The notes below the pieces were generated by a model. It saw only the letters and a list, made by a program, of their open reading frames with translations. It had not been told where the DNA came from and did no database searches. 32,000 nucleotides of DNA from Candidatus Kuenenia stuttgartensis (GTDB taxonomy: Bacteria > Planctomycetota > Brocadiia > Brocadiales > Brocadiaceae): contig NZ_LT934425.1 in NCBI RefSeq assembly GCF_900232105.1, positions 1,470,001-1,502,000 of the forward strand. The letters are read 5' to 3'. Within the stretch, counting starts at the first letter, position 1, and each line of letters opens with the position of its first letter. Shown piece after piece: positions 17,124 through 26,939 of the stretch. Position numbers and translations under genes: made by a program.

Positions 17124-18179
17124 CTAAAGAATACTACAACTTTTTATCATTTCAATAAATGCCTCAATACGGGTTTTCATTGACCCATCCAATGGGCCTG
17201 GACGATCGCAATCGAGGGTAAGGATCGGCAGTCGTATATTTTTCCTAATAATCTTGTCCTGAATATGCCTATGGCAAAAACTTTGCACATAATGAATGAT
17301 GCCATGGATTCTTCTTTGCCTTACCGCATCTTGAATATCCTCTAAACGCGAAAAAATATCGTATGGATAGGTATAGCGGCTGTACTGTTCCACAAGGGTA
17401 TCTGACTGGTATGGCATACTGAACTGACGCTGAATTTCGTTAAATACTACCTGTACGCCAAGGGAGGAAAGAAAGTGGTACAAATCTTCACAAATGGGGG
17501 GTATTCCGACAACTCCGAGCCTTATTGCATGTTTGATTGGCTCCCGTCCGGATACCGATTTAAGAAATTTCCCTGCAAGTTCCCCAAATGTCTCAAAATC
17601 TCCCATGAAGTCGCTCGTCGATACTGTCCACAGGTGGTTTTCATCGCCTGTGACAACATTCTCCACCCATGTAAGCCGGTCAATTTCGTGTACTATGCTT
17701 CTCACCGAATCCAGACGCTTCTTTGTTTCTTCCGCTCTCCAGTAAGAAACTCCCAGGTTTGCGGCAAGCGACTCCATTTGATCACGCAGAAAGGATGTAT
17801 CCGCTTTACTATGGGGATAAGCGAAAGGAATGGTTTTTATGCCCTCCGACAAAAAAACCTCCATAAGCGCCTGATTATTACTGCAATCACCCTGAATCAC
17901 GCTGATAATCTTTCGGATTGAGTATTTTTTCACAGCGGAATACATGCCCTTGATCCATGCGCATGTGTTTCTGGGCAAACCAGCCAGCTCCGCATCCTCT
18001 ATCATTTTATTTGGCGCAATATCGCAAATGAATATATTGTTAAGATCGATAGGCACATATCCTGCGGCAAAGACGATCTCTATGGGGATGGTGGACGTAA
18101 TCCCTATGATTTTGTCCGCTGGAAATTTCCCGGGATCGGGAAGATAAGGAAGTAAATTGTCGTTAGACATAAGATGCAT
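17124..18179 (-). CDS. 2-hydroxyacyl-CoA dehydratase family protein (HgdB/BcrC-like subunit), stand-alone
   Basis: 351 aa. ITSTIPIEIVFAAGYVPIDL, NTCAWIKG and conserved Cys (GDCSNN, SFCHRH) fit my recollection of the family. No partner subunit or activase lies adjacent. Confidence 0.6.
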   Translation of the reverse strand: MHLMSNDNLLPYLPDPGKFPADKIIGITSTIPIEIVFAAGYVPIDLNNIFICDIAPNKMIEDAELAGLPRNTCAWIKGMYSAVKKYSIRKIISVIQGDCSNNQALMEVFLSEGIKTIPFAYPHSKADTSFLRDQMESLAANLGVSYWRAEETKKRLDSVRSIVHEIDRLTWVENVVTGDENHLWTVSTSDFMGDFETFGELAGKFLKSVSGREPIKHAIRLGVVGIPPICEDLYHFLSSLGVQVVFNEIQRQFSMPYQSDTLVEQYSRYTYPYDIFSRLEDIQDAVRQRRIHGIIHYVQSFCHRHIQDKIIRKNIRLPILTLDCDRPGPLDGSMKTRIEAFIEMIKSCSIL

Positions 18180-18203
18180 GTTTTATAAAATGCTGCCGTT
18201 TTA

Positions 18204-18257
18204 GATTTACGATGTACGAGGCACGATTTTTAAATCGTACTTCGCACATCGTAAATC
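18204..18257. repeat. 54-bp imperfect palindrome between ftsH and the dehydratase-family gene
   Basis: GATTTACGATGTACGAGGCACGATTT..AAATCGTACTTCGCACATCGTAAATC, 3 mismatches in 26-nt arms. Shares the TACGAAGTACGATTTACGATT motif with 16722-16745 and 17095-17118. Confidence 0.6.
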
Positions 18258-18306
18258 GTACATCATACTGGCGCATGCCTCTAAAGCGGGCAGCAGGGAT
18301 GTATCA

Positions 18307-20169
18307 TTATTCTTTTTCCGTTGGAGTCTTTTCTCCGGTAGGTTTATTGAGTTCTTCTAAGAATTTTTTCAGGTCATCACCTTCTATTACCTCTTCTTCG
18401 ATGAGTTTTTTTGCCATTCTCTGCAAAATCATCTTTTTTTCAAGCAGTATTGTTTCGACCCGCTGGGACGATTCGTCCATTATTCTTTTGATTTCTAAAT
18501 CTATTTCCCGCGCCGTTTCTTCGCTGTATTCTTTTTCAAAGGAGAGTCCGTAAAGCGATTGCCTGTCGCCTTGATCAAAAGCAACCTGTCCCATTTTTTC
18601 GCTCATGCCGTATTCCTTAATCATCATTCGGGCGATTTCTGTCGCTTTTTTCAGGTCGTTCTGGGCGCCGGTTGATATTTCATTAAAAATAATCTTTTCC
18701 GCAGATCTGCCTCCCAGCAATATTGCTATTCTGTCGAGAAGTTCTGACCTTGTCATCAAATAGCGGTCTTCCGTAGGTTTCTGCAAGGTATAACCAAGGG
18801 CGCCGATACCCCTTGGGATCATCGATATTTTCCGGACAGGGTCAGCATTTGGAATCATGCACGCTACAAGGGCATGGCCGGATTCATGGTAAGCGACGAT
18901 TTCCTTCTCTTTCAGGTTCATAAGACGCTTCTTCTTTTCTAACCCTGCCATAAGCCTATCAATTGCCTCTTCAAATTCAGGCATGCCTGCGGCTTTCTTG
19001 TTTCTTCTTGCGGCAAGCAATGCGGCTTCATTGATAAGGTTTGCAAGGTCTGCGCCGACAAATCCCGGCGTCATTGCGGCAACAGCATGTAAGTCCACTT
19101 CTTTTTCCATCTTTACGTCTGCGGAATGTACCTTGAGTATTGCTTCGCGTCCGTGCAAATCCGGCCTGTCAACTACCACTTGCCGGTCGAATCTGCCTGG
19201 CCTTAAAAGGGCTGAATCCAATATTTCAGGACGATTTGTAGCCCCCATGATAATTACGCCTTTATTGGAATCAAAACCATCCATTTCCACCAGCAACTGA
19301 TTTAATGTTTGCTCACGTTCGTCATGCCCCCCCATGGGGTTTTGCCCCCTGGCCTTGCCAAGGGCGTCAAGTTCGTCAATAAAAATAATGCATGGCGCTT
19401 TTTGGTCTGCCTGATTAAACAAATCTCTCACCCTTGCGGCGCCCACGCCAACAAACATTTCTACGAATTCAGAGCCGCTCATGTTGAAAAAAGGGACACC
19501 AGCTTCCCCTGCCACGGCTTTTGCCAACAGGGTCTTTCCTGTTCCCGGAGCACCGACAAGCAGTACTCCTTTTGGTATCTTGCCGCCTATGGCACGAAAT
19601 TTTTCAGGGGTTTTCAGGAATTCTATAATTTCCTGCAATTCCTCTTTTGCCTCATCTATGCCTGCTACATCGTCAAATGTAACATTTAAGTCTTCCTGGA
19701 CGTAAAGGCGTCCCCTGCTCTTGCCGAAAGTCATGATGCTGCTGGCAGGCCCGAATCTTTTAAATACAAAGCGCCAGATCAAAAACAGTATTAATAAGGG
19801 GACTATCCATGAAAAGAAAAATGTTTTCAACCAGGGGCTTTCGTACTGTCCTTCGTATTTCACCCCCATTTTTTCTAATTCGCTTACCAGTTCAGGGTCA
19901 TCTATCCGCGCCGTAATAAAGATTGCGTATTTGTTAGTGCCGCGTTCATATTCCTTTAATTTGCCTTGAATAGCCGCATGGGATATATGACATTCCAGTA
20001 TCATATCTTCGCGCAATAATTTCTTAAATTCGCTGTACGAGATATTCCTTACCCCGGGGTTCATTAAATACATTTGGATAAGTATGAGAAACCCAAAAGC
20101 CATAATAATGTGCCAAATAGAAAACTTTTTCGGCCTTTTAAACTTCATTTTTTTTAAGTCTTTGAACAT
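18307..20169 (-). CDS. ftsH: ATP-dependent zinc metalloprotease FtsH
   Basis: 620 aa. Walker [45 protein letters not shown], zinc site HESGHAL. Confidence 0.95.
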   Translation of the reverse strand: MFKDLKKMKFKRPKKFSIWHIIMAFGFLILIQMYLMNPGVRNISYSEFKKLLREDMILECHISHAAIQGKLKEYERGTNKYAIFITARIDDPELVSELEKMGVKYEGQYESPWLKTFFFSWIVPLLILFLIWRFVFKRFGPASSIMTFGKSRGRLYVQEDLNVTFDDVAGIDEAKEELQEIIEFLKTPEKFRAIGGKIPKGVLLVGAPGTGKTLLAKAVAGEAGVPFFNMSGSEFVEMFVGVGAARVRDLFNQADQKAPCIIFIDELDALGKARGQNPMGGHDEREQTLNQLLVEMDGFDSNKGVIIMGATNRPEILDSALLRPGRFDRQVVVDRPDLHGREAILKVHSADVKMEKEVDLHAVAAMTPGFVGADLANLINEAALLAARRNKKAAGMPEFEEAIDRLMAGLEKKKRLMNLKEKEIVAYHESGHALVACMIPNADPVRKISMIPRGIGALGYTLQKPTEDRYLMTRSELLDRIAILLGGRSAEKIIFNEISTGAQNDLKKATEIARMMIKEYGMSEKMGQVAFDQGDRQSLYGLSFEKEYSEETAREIDLEIKRIMDESSQRVETILLEKKMILQRMAKKLIEEEVIEGDDLKKFLEELNKPTGEKTPTEKE

Positions 20170-20458
20170 TTACACTCCTATGGTTGATTATTCAAAAGAA
20201 CATGCTATAAACAGATAAAGAATTTATGGTCAGACGACATCTTTGTTACGTCTCTCCGTTCAGCCGGTTTGAAATGTATGCGGAATACAACTTGGTAGAG
20301 ACGCACGGCCGTGTGTCTAATTCTACCAGAAAGCGCTGTATCACTCAAAAAAACTTTATGATATTTGTAAAATGGTAATTGTCTGTCACTGTGAGTGCAG
20401 AAGGAATCCGCATTGAAGAACGGACATAATCGGAGCATTTGCAAGAGAGGAGCAGCAA

Positions 20459-20523
20459 TTAGTACTTTATCAGTAATTTCTTTGCATTTTTTGGCAAAAT
20501 ATTTAATGGTGAAAACGAAATGC
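20459..20523 (+). repeat. Repeat family C head module
   Basis: TTAGTACTTTATCAGTAATTTCTTTGCATTTTTTGGCAAAATATTTAATGGTGAAAACGAAAT. Inverted partner at 21870-21945. Confidence 0.75.
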
Positions 20524-20662
20524 TATATTTCAATCCTCCCACCTCCAAAGGGTGACAACCATTCCCTGCACCCCCAGCGGGGAGACATTCTCCCCCTTTG
20601 GAGGGGATAAGGGGGGGGAGAGTTTTGAAATTTGTTTCGTATTTCGTATCATATTTTCGTAA

Positions 20663-20864
20663 GGTGCATTCCCGATTTTTTGTAAAAAAGCTTATTATTT
20701 ATGCAGGATGGACTACTCGGCGCTGACCTATCAATAAACTACACCGGAAAAAATGAATATCGAAGGATAAGAAAACTTCGTAATTCGAAATTCCTTGTTC
20801 TGCGGTTCGATATTCTCTTTTCATCCTACTAAAATGACTGGTTACAAAAAATCTGGAATACACC
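20663..20864 (+). mobile_element. MITE-like element, family B (~202 bp)
   Basis: TIRs GGTGCATTCCCGATTTTTTGTAA / GTTACAAAAAATCTGGAATACACC. Confidence 0.65.
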
Positions 20865-20915
20865 CTTTGCTATAAACGGTTGCTGGTCTTTCCTCACTTG
20901 AAATATCTAAGCCCA

Positions 20916-21054
20916 CTAAATTCATGTAGTGTGACGAGATTCGTCGCACCAAAAAAAGTTGTGAGATCAAGGAATAGGGTCTACCCAAAACAATGCGACG
21001 AATCTCGTCGCACTACAAATGATTATTTCCGGTTTCAAAATACTAAAGTGTTAC
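20916..21054 (-). repeat. Repeat family D, expanded copy
   Basis: CTAAATTCATGTAGTGTGACGAGATTCGTCGCAC ... TGCGACGAATCTCGTCGCACTACAAATGATTATTTCC..CAAAATACTAAAGTGTTAC is the reverse complement of 7321-7395, with a ~45-bp insert splitting the hairpin. Confidence 0.65.
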
Positions 21055-21101
21055 AATTTTTATGTATTATAAGGGCTTATACACCATACTCAAACCCTTA
21101 G

Positions 21102-21824
21102 TTACATAGAGGTCATGGACGAAACGGACAAGACAGGGTGCGTCTCTGAATCTCTCAATACCTTGCCGTCTTTCAGCATTATCATTCTGCGTGTGTATCC
21201 TGCGATATCTTCTTCATGTGTTACGAGTACAATGGTAAGATTCATTTCACTGTTCAGTTTGCAAAGGACGTTCATTACCTCTTTGCTGGTAGCGCTATCA
21301 AGATTGCCGGTAGGCTCATCCGCGAGAAGCAGGGAAGGGCTGTTGATAATTGCCCTTGCAATCGCGACACGTTGCTGCTGGCCGCCGGAAAGCTGGCTGG
21401 GATAATTTTTATGGAGTCCTTCAAGGCCCAGTATCCGGATTGTTTCGTAGATTTTATGTTCGGAGCTTTTCGTTAGTTTTTTCGCGTAAATAAGCGGGAG
21501 TTCTATATTTTCCAAGACAGTTGTTCTTCCAAGAAGGTTGAAACTCTGAAATACAAAACCGAGTTTTTTGTTCCGGATCTCCGCCAGTTCATTCTTTGAA
21601 AAACGTGAAACATCTACCCCTTCAAAAAAGTATCTCCCTTTCGTAGGGAGGTCCAGACATCCGAGTATATTCATTAATGTGGATTTTCCAGAACCAGAAG
21701 CCCCCATAATGGAAACAAACTCTCCCTTTTTAATGGAGAGAGAAACATTGTTTAAAGCCGTAAAGGCAATCTCCCCCATTTCGTATATTTTATAAATGGA
21801 ATCTAATTGTATTATATCCTGCAT
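21102..21824 (-). CDS. ABC transporter ATP-binding protein, MacB/LolD/DevA-like
   Basis: 240 aa. Walker [11 protein letters not shown], signature [14 protein letters not shown], Walker [14 protein letters not shown]-loop VTHE. Confidence 0.9.
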   Translation of the reverse strand: MQDIIQLDSIYKIYEMGEIAFTALNNVSLSIKKGEFVSIMGASGSGKSTLMNILGCLDLPTKGRYFFEGVDVSRFSKNELAEIRNKKLGFVFQSFNLLGRTTVLENIELPLIYAKKLTKSSEHKIYETIRILGLEGLHKNYPSQLSGGQQQRVAIARAIINSPSLLLADEPTGNLDSATSKEVMNVLCKLNSEMNLTIVLVTHEEDIAGYTRRMIMLKDGKVLRDSETHPVLSVSSMTSM

Positions 21825-21869
21825 ATATCATAAGCTGGCATAGCCAGCGCCAAACAATAATGAAATAAA

Positions 21870-21945
21870 AAATACGAAACAAATTTCGGGTTTCACCATT
21901 AAATATTTTGCCAAAAAATGTAAAAAAATTACCGATAAGGCACTA
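21870..21945 (-). repeat. Repeat family C head module sitting between the adaptor and ATPase genes
   Basis: ...TTTCACCATTAAATATTTTGCCAAAAAATGTAAAAAAATTACCGATAAGGCACTAG. Its last 3 nt (21943-21945) are the stop codon of the adaptor gene. Confidence 0.75.
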
Positions 21946-23148
21946 GCGCCGGCCTCCCCCCATTCTGGTCCAGGGAATCTGTTGGGAACTTTTCGCGGCG
22001 GATTTATCGGTTATCTCCGCAACGACAACTTCATCCCCTTCTTTTACTTCTCCCCCAACAATCTCCGTAAAATCGTAATCGCTTATTCCGGTTTTTATCA
22101 TCACCATTACCGGTTTTCCGTGTTTCAGTATCCAGAGAGGGGAATATTTCTCTCCATCATATTCGCCTCCTTCCGGTTTACCGGTTTTATCTCTTATGGT
22201 TTTTGATGGAGTGAAACGTAACGCGGTATTTGGGATGCTTAATACGTTTTTTGCTTCTGCCACTAAAATGGAAGTATTTGCAGTCATTCCCGGCTTGAGT
22301 TTTAGGGAAGAGTTGTCTATGCTGACAATGGTATCGTAGGTTACGACGTTTTGAAAAATAACCGGCGACATACGAATTTCTGTTACCTTGCCATCAAAAA
22401 CGTCTTCAGGGAAGGCGTCAACATTAAATCTTGCACTTTGCCCCACTTCAACCATGCCGATATCCGCCTCATCAACGTTTGTATTCACCTGCATACTGAC
22501 AAGGTCTTTGGCTATTGTAAATAATGTGGGCGTCTGAAAACTGGAGGCCACCGTCTGGCCAACGTCCACTTCCCTTGAAATCACTATGCCGTCAAGAGGA
22601 GAAACAATTACCGTGTACCCCAGATCGGTTTTTGCTATTGCAAGGGACGCCTCTGCCTGCATTATTTCAGCTTTCGCAAGTTCAGCGTCTGCAAGGCTTG
22701 TCTCGTAAACGGTTCGGGACTCATCAAATTCATCAATGGAAATGACCTGTGTTGAGAATAATTTTTTCGCGCGATGATATTTCCTCTTGCTGTTTCTTAA
22801 GACAGCATTCGATCTTTTTAGTTTTGCAAGCGCTGTTGCAAGGGCTGCTTCCGCCTTCCGTACCTGATGCTCGAAGGGCGTTGGGTCTATCTGCGCCACG
22901 ATCTGACCCGTTTTCACCTCGGAATTAAAATCTGCGTACAGCTTTGAAATAAGGCCTGAGACCTGACTGCCGATGATCACTGTTCTTACAGGATTTATTG
23001 TGCCTGTGGCAACCACATATTTCTGAATATCGCCCTTAACAATTTTAGCCGTCTCAAACCTGACGGTTTCTTCTTTTTTAAGCAGGTAAATTACGGTTAC
23101 TATGATTACCAATACGCATGGTATGCCAATATAAATGTACTTTTTCAT
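21943..23148 (-). CDS. Efflux periplasmic adaptor (HlyD/MacA-type membrane fusion protein)
   Basis: 401 aa. N-terminal TM anchor, then lipoyl/coiled-coil/beta-barrel layout (GQIVAQIDPTPFE..., coiled coil, SPLDGIVISREVDVGQ). Confidence 0.85.
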   Translation of the reverse strand: MKKYIYIGIPCVLVIIVTVIYLLKKEETVRFETAKIVKGDIQKYVVATGTINPVRTVIIGSQVSGLISKLYADFNSEVKTGQIVAQIDPTPFEHQVRKAEAALATALAKLKRSNAVLRNSKRKYHRAKKLFSTQVISIDEFDESRTVYETSLADAELAKAEIMQAEASLAIAKTDLGYTVIVSPLDGIVISREVDVGQTVASSFQTPTLFTIAKDLVSMQVNTNVDEADIGMVEVGQSARFNVDAFPEDVFDGKVTEIRMSPVIFQNVVTYDTIVSIDNSSLKLKPGMTANTSILVAEAKNVLSIPNTALRFTPSKTIRDKTGKPEGGEYDGEKYSPLWILKHGKPVMVMIKTGISDYDFTEIVGGEVKEGDEVVVAEITDKSAAKSSQQIPWTRMGGGRR

Positions 23149-23238
23149 ATCTGCTAGAAGATAATAAATATTGATACGTATGGCAATTATAATTTTACCC
23201 TGCGTTCCCGAAGGGAATGGATTTGACAGTCTGAGGCC

Positions 23239-23342
23239 GGAGGTCGGAAGTCAGAGGTCAGAGGTCAGAGGTCAGCGAGAACAGTCCTCAGTCCTCAGTC
23301 CTCAGTCCTCAATCTGCCGACTGACAACTGTAGACTGTAGAC
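23239..23342. repeat. Back-to-back heptamer tandem arrays, (GAGGTCA)n then (CAGTCCT)x4, followed by a GCCGAC/GTAGACT tail
   Basis: GGAGGTCGGAAGTCAGAGGTCAGAGGTCAGAGGTCAGCGAGAACAGTCCTCAGTCCTCAGTCCTCAGTCCTCAATCTGCCGACTGACAACTGTAGACTGTAGAC. Confidence 0.75.
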
Positions 23343-23450
23343 AAGGTACTAAGGCACTGTAAATAAATAAAGGTATCAAGTAGATCAATTTCATGCTCTG
23401 GAAACATGCAATCAAGGCTTCAAAGTGAGACGTTAATTTATTTACAGCGC

Positions 23451-25511
23451 CTAAAGTAAATAATCTAACCGGTCTTTAAACATTTCCACGACCTTCGTCT
23501 TTATTTTTTGATGTTCTTCCGCAGAAAGAGAAGGGTCACGGCAAACAATTTCAAACGCATCTTTCCGGGCTTTTTGTAGTAGGGAGAAATCATGAAAGAT
23601 ATTGCTTATCTTTAATTCCGGCAAACCATGCTGCCGCGTGCCAAAAAACTCTCCGGGGCCTCTCAGCCTGAAATCCATTTCCGCTATTTTAAACCCGTCA
23701 GACGTATTTACCATTGTTCTAAGCCGGTCACGCGACAGGGCTGTTTTTGGCGTACCAAAAAGCAGGCAATATGATTGTTTACCGCCTCTTCCTATTCTTC
23801 CGCGCAATTGATGCAATTGCGCCAGGCCGAACCGTTCCGCATGTTCAATAACCATTATAGTGGCATTAGGGACGTCAATGCCCACCTCAATAATTATCGT
23901 GGAAACTAAAATATCATACCGCCTTTCTTTGAAATCGGCCATTGCCTGCTCTTTTTCCGCAGATTTCATCTTGCCGTGAAGTAGTCCTACTTTGCATTCG
24001 GGAAATATTTCGTTCCGCAGCCTCTCTGCTTCAGTGATGGCTGATTTTAAATCCAGTTTTTCCGAGTGTTCCACAAGTGGATAGACGACAAATACCTGCT
24101 TTCCTTTTGATATTTCACCCCGGATGAAATCGTAAGCGGCTTTTTCTTTATTTTTTGAAACCCAAAATGTCTTTACCGGAATACGGCCCGGAGGCATTTC
24201 GTCCAGCATTGAAATATCCATATCGCCAAACAGCGTAAGCGACAACGTACGGGGGATTGGCGTCGCCGTCATAATAAGCACATCAGGGCTTGCTCCCTTT
24301 TTCCGCAGTTTAAGGCGCTGCAAAACGCCAAATTTGTGCTGCTCGTCGATCACCACCAGTCCCAGTTTTTTAAACGAGACGGATTCTTCTATGATTGCAT
24401 GCGTCCCGACAATTAAATCTATCCCGCCATCGCTCACCTGGGCAATGACATTTTTTTTATGTGTTGCATTGCCGCTGCCGGTTAATAAACAGACCCTGAC
24501 CTGCGATCCTGATAAGAATTTTTGCAGCGTGCGAAAATGCTGTTGTGCCAGTAGTTCCGTGGGTGCCATAAAGGTCGCCTGATATCCGTTTGCTACCGCA
24601 ATTAAGGCTGCATATAAAGCAACCACCGTTTTACCGGAACCAACATCCCCCTGAAGCAATCTGTTCATGGGCTTGTCACTTTTCATATCTTCCCTGATTT
24701 CATAAATTACCCTTTCCTGCGCTTTCGTGAGGGTAAAGGGGATAATATTCCGAATGTGGGCGTCCACATTCGCCCCTGCTTTAAAGGGGATTCTAGTCTC
24801 TCCTTTAATACGGTAACGCCTGAGTGCCATTGCCATCTCAAGGCAAAACAGTTCCTCATAAACCAGCCGGTTTTTGGCGCGGTTTAAAAGCTCCATTGAA
24901 GGAGGGGAATGAATATGTCTTATAGCGTCCGCTACGGGAAGAAAATTGTATTTTTTTATGAGGGGCAGAGGCAAGGCGTCCTCAAGCAAATCCACATATT
25001 CCTGTATTGCAGCGTGGATAATTTTTCGTAATTGGGACTGGCTTATGTGTTCGGTAAGAGGGTAAACGGGAATAATACCCCATCCACTCCCGCCTGCCTG
25101 CCTATCGCTAATAATCTCATATTCCGGACTGAGCAATTGGAGATATTTATACGAATTGACCTTTCCGTGCAAAAACAGGCGATCTCCGATGCGAAATTTA
25201 TTTACCAGAAACGGTTGATTAAACCATGTGGCGGCTATTACGCCTGTTTCATCGCTCACGAAAACTTCCAGAATGGTCTTCCCCATTCGGGCAACCCTGT
25301 TTTGTATGCCGTTAATAGTGCCTTGAATGGTAATGCTGTCGCCTGTCTTCGCTTCAGCAATCTTCTGTATTTTAGAAAAATCATTGTAGTCGCGGGGGAA
25401 GTAATAGAGTAAATCATGGACCGTTTGTATGCCTAATCGTCCGATAATTTTGCTTCGTTTAGGCCCTATGCCGTTAAGATATTGGACTGGTTGGAGTAAT
25501 GAGTGACTCAA
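23451..25511 (-). CDS. recG: ATP-dependent DNA helicase RecG
   Basis: 686 aa. Wedge-domain N-terminus, Walker A GDVGSGKT, DEQH box VIDEQHKFG, motif VI HQLRGRIGRG. Confidence 0.93.
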   Translation of the reverse strand: MSHSLLQPVQYLNGIGPKRSKIIGRLGIQTVHDLLYYFPRDYNDFSKIQKIAEAKTGDSITIQGTINGIQNRVARMGKTILEVFVSDETGVIAATWFNQPFLVNKFRIGDRLFLHGKVNSYKYLQLLSPEYEIISDRQAGGSGWGIIPVYPLTEHISQSQLRKIIHAAIQEYVDLLEDALPLPLIKKYNFLPVADAIRHIHSPPSMELLNRAKNRLVYEELFCLEMAMALRRYRIKGETRIPFKAGANVDAHIRNIIPFTLTKAQERVIYEIREDMKSDKPMNRLLQGDVGSGKTVVALYAALIAVANGYQATFMAPTELLAQQHFRTLQKFLSGSQVRVCLLTGSGNATHKKNVIAQVSDGGIDLIVGTHAIIEESVSFKKLGLVVIDEQHKFGVLQRLKLRKKGASPDVLIMTATPIPRTLSLTLFGDMDISMLDEMPPGRIPVKTFWVSKNKEKAAYDFIRGEISKGKQVFVVYPLVEHSEKLDLKSAITEAERLRNEIFPECKVGLLHGKMKSAEKEQAMADFKERRYDILVSTIIIEVGIDVPNATIMVIEHAERFGLAQLHQLRGRIGRGGKQSYCLLFGTPKTALSRDRLRTMVNTSDGFKIAEMDFRLRGPGEFFGTRQHGLPELKISNIFHDFSLLQKARKDAFEIVCRDPSLSAEEHQKIKTKVVEMFKDRLDYLL

Positions 25512-25513
25512 GG

Positions 25514-25840
25514 TTATCCTATGGCATCTATCTTTGCGGCAAGGATAAAATCGCTTTCAGTAAGTCCCTGTATCTTATGTGTATAAACCTTGATTTCCAC
25601 CTTCCCCCACGTCAGGCATATTTGGGGATGATGCCCCTGTTCTTCAGCAATTTCCCCCACTTTGTTTGTAAAGGTAAGCGCAGTTTTGAAATCAGGAAAT
25701 TTAAACGTCTTGTATAAATGATGCTCTTCAATAACGTCCCACCCACGCAGGTGTTTCTGCAATTCCTTAAGTGCGCTGCCCTTTAAAGGCAGCACCCCTA
25801 CCTGACAGGGTACACACTTTTTTGATGCGAGTTCTGACAT
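25514..25840 (-). CDS. Pterin-4-alpha-carbinolamine dehydratase
   Basis: 108 aa. EEQGHHPQICLTWGKVEI core motif. AGGAGG SD upstream. Stop is 2 nt before the recG start. Confidence 0.85.
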   Translation of the reverse strand: MSELASKKCVPCQVGVLPLKGSALKELQKHLRGWDVIEEHHLYKTFKFPDFKTALTFTNKVGEIAEEQGHHPQICLTWGKVEIKVYTHKIQGLTESDFILAAKIDAIG

Positions 25841-25880
25841 TTTAATATCCTCCTAAAAAAAGTAAAAAAAACGTAACTTC

Positions 25881-26084
25881 TCAGTAAGTTGAGGTTTTTA
25901 TAATAATTTCTACCTTGAAAAGTCCCGGATCGTCAAATCCTTGTGCTCGTAGTGTAGCAACAACATATCCTGCTGGCCTGCGGCCTTCCTGTAAGACAAG
26001 TTCCCGTGTATCACGTATGTATTCACAATACTGAAGCAGTTCTTCGTACGGAGAATTGATGATGAGTTTATTAATATTTTTCAT
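25881..26084 (-). pseudogene. N-terminal remnant (~55 aa of homology) of a large type III-restriction-like Res/DEAD-box helicase
   Basis: INSPYEE...GRRPAGYVVA...FDDPGLF matches my recollection of the conserved N-terminus of ~900-1000-aa Res-like helicases. The ORF then ends after unrelated residues. ATGA overlap with the hepT stop. Confidence 0.35.
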
Positions 26085-26431
26085 GGATTGTTTTTAAGGA
26101 AAGGTATTTCTTCAAGTTTGATTATGAGAGACGGAAGGTCTTTAGTAACCGTCTGCCAGACAATATCCAGATTTATATCAAAATAGGCGTGAATCAGCCG
26201 GTTTCTCATGTTAATTATGCTTTTCCATGGGATATGAGAAAACCTCTCACGACAATCCTTTGAAACATTAGCGGCAGCCTCTCCTATAATCTCAACATCC
26301 TTAACCAGGGAAAGCACCAGCATACGGTTTTTGTCGAGTGACTTTCTGGCCTGCCCTTGAGCAAAAGAAACGGCCTCTTTCGCGGCATCGAGTATATGAT
26401 GCATCCGTACAATATCTTCTTTACTGCACAT
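26081..26431 (-). CDS. hepT: HepT (DUF86) toxin
   Basis: 116 aa. [11 protein letters not shown]...[18 protein letters not shown] carries the canonical R-x4-H-x-Y. Confidence 0.85.
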   Translation of the reverse strand: MCSKEDIVRMHHILDAAKEAVSFAQGQARKSLDKNRMLVLSLVKDVEIIGEAAANVSKDCRERFSHIPWKSIINMRNRLIHAYFDINLDIVWQTVTKDLPSLIIKLEEIPFLKNNP

Positions 26432-26726
26432 ATTGCACCTCTGCCGACTCGACTACCTCCTTGCGGAAATAGCGGCTTAAATCTTCCGGTGTCCGCAAGT
26501 CCACGTTGCGCCCGATGATTTCGCTTAATTCGATCTCCATGCCAGATAAGGTTATGAGACCCGGAATATGCTCCGGCTCAAACTCAACGAGAAGGTCTAT
26601 ATCGCTTTCTGGTCCAAAATCGCCATGCAGGCAGGAACCGAACAAAGACAGCTTGCGTATATGATGCCGCTTACAGAATTCGGCGATCTTGTCTTTTGGC
26701 AGTACTATATGGTTTTTTCTTTCCAT
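26421..26726 (-). CDS. mntA: MNT-type nucleotidyltransferase antitoxin
   Basis: 101 aa. [24 protein letters not shown]. 11-nt overlap with hepT. Confidence 0.85.
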   Translation of the reverse strand: MERKNHIVLPKDKIAEFCKRHHIRKLSLFGSCLHGDFGPESDIDLLVEFEPEHIPGLITLSGMEIELSEIIGRNVDLRTPEDLSRYFRKEVVESAEVQYVQ

Positions 26727-26806
26727 CAGCTATTTCTCCCTTCCCATGCGATTATTGTGACCTGATATCTATAGTAAACGTCATAAACAAGTTTACATAA
26801 AAACGT

Positions 26807-26872
26807 GTCATTGCGAGCGGAGCGAAGCAATCTTTCCCAGAGATTGCTTCGGGCTATCGCCCGCGCAATGAC
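26807..26872 (-). terminator. Nested hairpin repeat, possible intrinsic terminator of the upstream small gene
   Basis: GTCATTGCGAGCGGAGCGAAGCAATCT-TTCCCAG-AGATTGCTTCGGGCTATCGCCCGCGCAATGAC. On the minus strand it is followed by ACGTTTTTAT. A related half-motif is at 20383-20410. Confidence 0.3.
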
Positions 26873-26939
26873 AACTTACTTTTAGCATCCACTATATGTT
26901 TATTCTTGCGGTAGAAATTCAGAGTATTTGGTTCTAAAC

